Shown in pieces: positions 62,604-64,000 of a DNA stretch of 64,000 nt. The translations under genes were made by a program, and so were the position numbers. Numbering within the stretch: position 1 is the first letter of the stretch; every line of letters begins with the position of its first letter. The stretch is from Leucoraja ocellata (lineage: Eukaryota): positions 124,001 to 188,000 of the forward strand of contig JAWMAR010000471.1 of NCBI GenBank assembly GCA_036785375.1. Reading direction: 5' to 3'. The notes below the pieces were generated by a model. The model did not search any database. It saw only the letters and a program-made list of their open reading frames with translations, and was not told the DNA's origin.

Positions 62604-63461
62604 ATGCTGGCCTTGACAATGTATTGGCTTCTTACAGCTGCAGCTATCTTAACCGGTAAGTTATCCACGATTCGAATACTGGAGGGCATGATATTTAATC
62701 AACCAAATACCTTGAATGCAACTCAACGACTTTAGAAAGGGAGTCCGTATGAGGACAGTAAACGCAGAGCACATTGGGGAAAAAGATGCAGTTTCACAGT
62801 AATTGATGTTCGGAAATTCGCGGTGCCTTTCCACGTTAATTGTTGGAAAGCAGCGCCGACGGAGAAGCATCTTCGAGTTAGAACACACCCGTGGTTCACG
62901 CACGAGAGATCTACGATTCCCTTCTTACACCCAGGAAGCAATAACGACGTCCAGTGCGATGAACCGGGTTTGATTATCTTTAAAGATAAATTAATTTGGT
63001 AATTCCCAGCGCCTTCCCGCCCATCTTTATTTAGCTTTTAGGGGAGGGGTATGTTTGATGTCATTGTACCTCATATCAGTATCAGGATGAGGGATATTCT
63101 GAAATATGAGCTGAATTAGGTGATGTTTTGTTATTTATCCCCGGATTCTTTCAGGTAATTGTCGAGGCGACGCCGTTTCTCAGTCACCGGCAGCGGTTAC
63201 AGTGAGTGAAGGGGATGATACAAAATTTAACTGCAACTATACAGCTACAAGCACGACCAATCTTGGTCTTATCTGGTACCGTCAGTATCCCGGCGGATCC
63301 CTTGAGTTTCTGCTGCACAGAATGAAATACGAAGCCGCCCCGAAGAACAATGCCGGGGACCGTTTCTCTGCTGAGCTCAACCATTCGACAGGAACGGTCC
63401 CGCTGACGGTGTCACAAACGCAGCTCAGAGACTCGGCGACGTATTACTGCGCTCTGAACCC
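62604..63461 (+). CDS. TRAV: V34: TCR alpha/delta V, family C, intact
   Basis: Leader 62604-62655; V exon 63155-63461. RSS CACCGTG-23-ACAAAAACG at 63462-63500. Confidence 0.9.
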
Positions 63462-64000
63462 CACCGTGGCGCACAATTGGGCTGATCCTGTACAAAAACG
63501 ATCAGAGATCCCCGTCAGTTTGCAGCGCGTTTGTCAGCATCGGCGCGCCCTTGATGATTGCTGCACCCGTCCCAACGCCAGTGTGTTTGCTGTCATTAAT
63601 ACACGATTTTTATATATTAAACAAACCCATGACAATAGGGTTGAAGAATAGCTTCTAACAAACAAACATTAGGTTCTTGAACCCTACACAGCACCAAAGG
63701 ATGAACTATGGAATGTCTTCGGTTGCATTAAGCACTTCATGCATCTTATGCACATGGACCTGGTTGTTCATTTATTGAATTTTAATTATTACAAGGACTT
63801 TGGGACTTTTGCCTTCCATCACAGTGAGGAGGTGCCTGGTGGACTCACTGTGGTGGATGTTAAAACTGTGTTGAGCGTGTGTTTTGTTATTTTATTCTAT
63901 GTTATGACAGCTCGGTTAAACCATTTATTTGTACTGTAAATGTGCAATGACAATAAAGTTGAATCTAATCTAATCTAATCTAATTATATATTGTACTTCC

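Larger units (their letters stand above)
20830..64000 (+). repeat. Tandem array of ~1.67-kb V-gene units
   Basis: Promoter-leader-intron-V-RSS-flank is repeated ~26 times with high identity and runs off the window end. Confidence 0.95.

Noticed and set aside
22168-63939. Recurrent ORFs such as MHLMHMDLVVNLL..., MREPPVCS... and MKGVWS...
   Set aside because: They recur only because the unit is duplicated. They overlap a retroposon tail, intron or promoter, and are broken in several copies.
20830-64000. Array of repeats with variable segments as a CRISPR- or DGR-like system
   Set aside because: Units are spliced Ig-superfamily V genes with RSSs in vertebrate DNA. The RT ORFs are ordinary LINE fragments.
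1-64000. D, J or C segments, germline-joined VJ, or NAR-TCR domains
   Set aside because: I found no FGXG J motif with an upstream RSS, no C1-set exon, and no V fused to J.

Overview
Vertebrate genomic DNA with four N-gaps. It is part of the variable-gene array of a T-cell receptor alpha/delta locus, most likely from a cartilaginous fish (skate/ray; an inference from the CR1, Rex1/Babar and Penelope repeat content and the V sequences). I count 34 + strand V segments (labelled V1-V34 here), built as leader exon, intron, V exon and 23-bp-spacer RSS, plus two 5' stubs. Family A/B (V1-V7, 1.1-16.9 kb; leader MF..CSFLII.LVR.G, ~85-nt intron, heptamer mostly CACACTG) sits in TE-rich units; V5-V7 look intact. 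Family C (V8-V34, 19.4-63.5 kb; leader MLALTMYWLLTAAALLTG, ~0.4-0.5 kb intron, heptamer mostly CACGGTG/CACGGAG) is a young ~1.67-kb tandem expansion with 19 apparently intact, 1 doubtful and 7 defective copies. No D, J or C segments are visible. Most other ORFs in the track are TE fragments or by-products of the duplicated unit. Highlights: (i) a decayed inverted V+RSS relic repeated five times on the minus strand; (ii) a V whose 23-RSS has become a 12-RSS; (iii) several lesions centred on RSSs, including one resembling an open-and-shut RAG joint and a 2.2-kb V-containing copy that splits an RSS; (iv) reassortment of FR1/CDR1/CDR2 modules among family C genes; (v) a Penelope fragment with a hammerhead ribozyme nested in a CR1.
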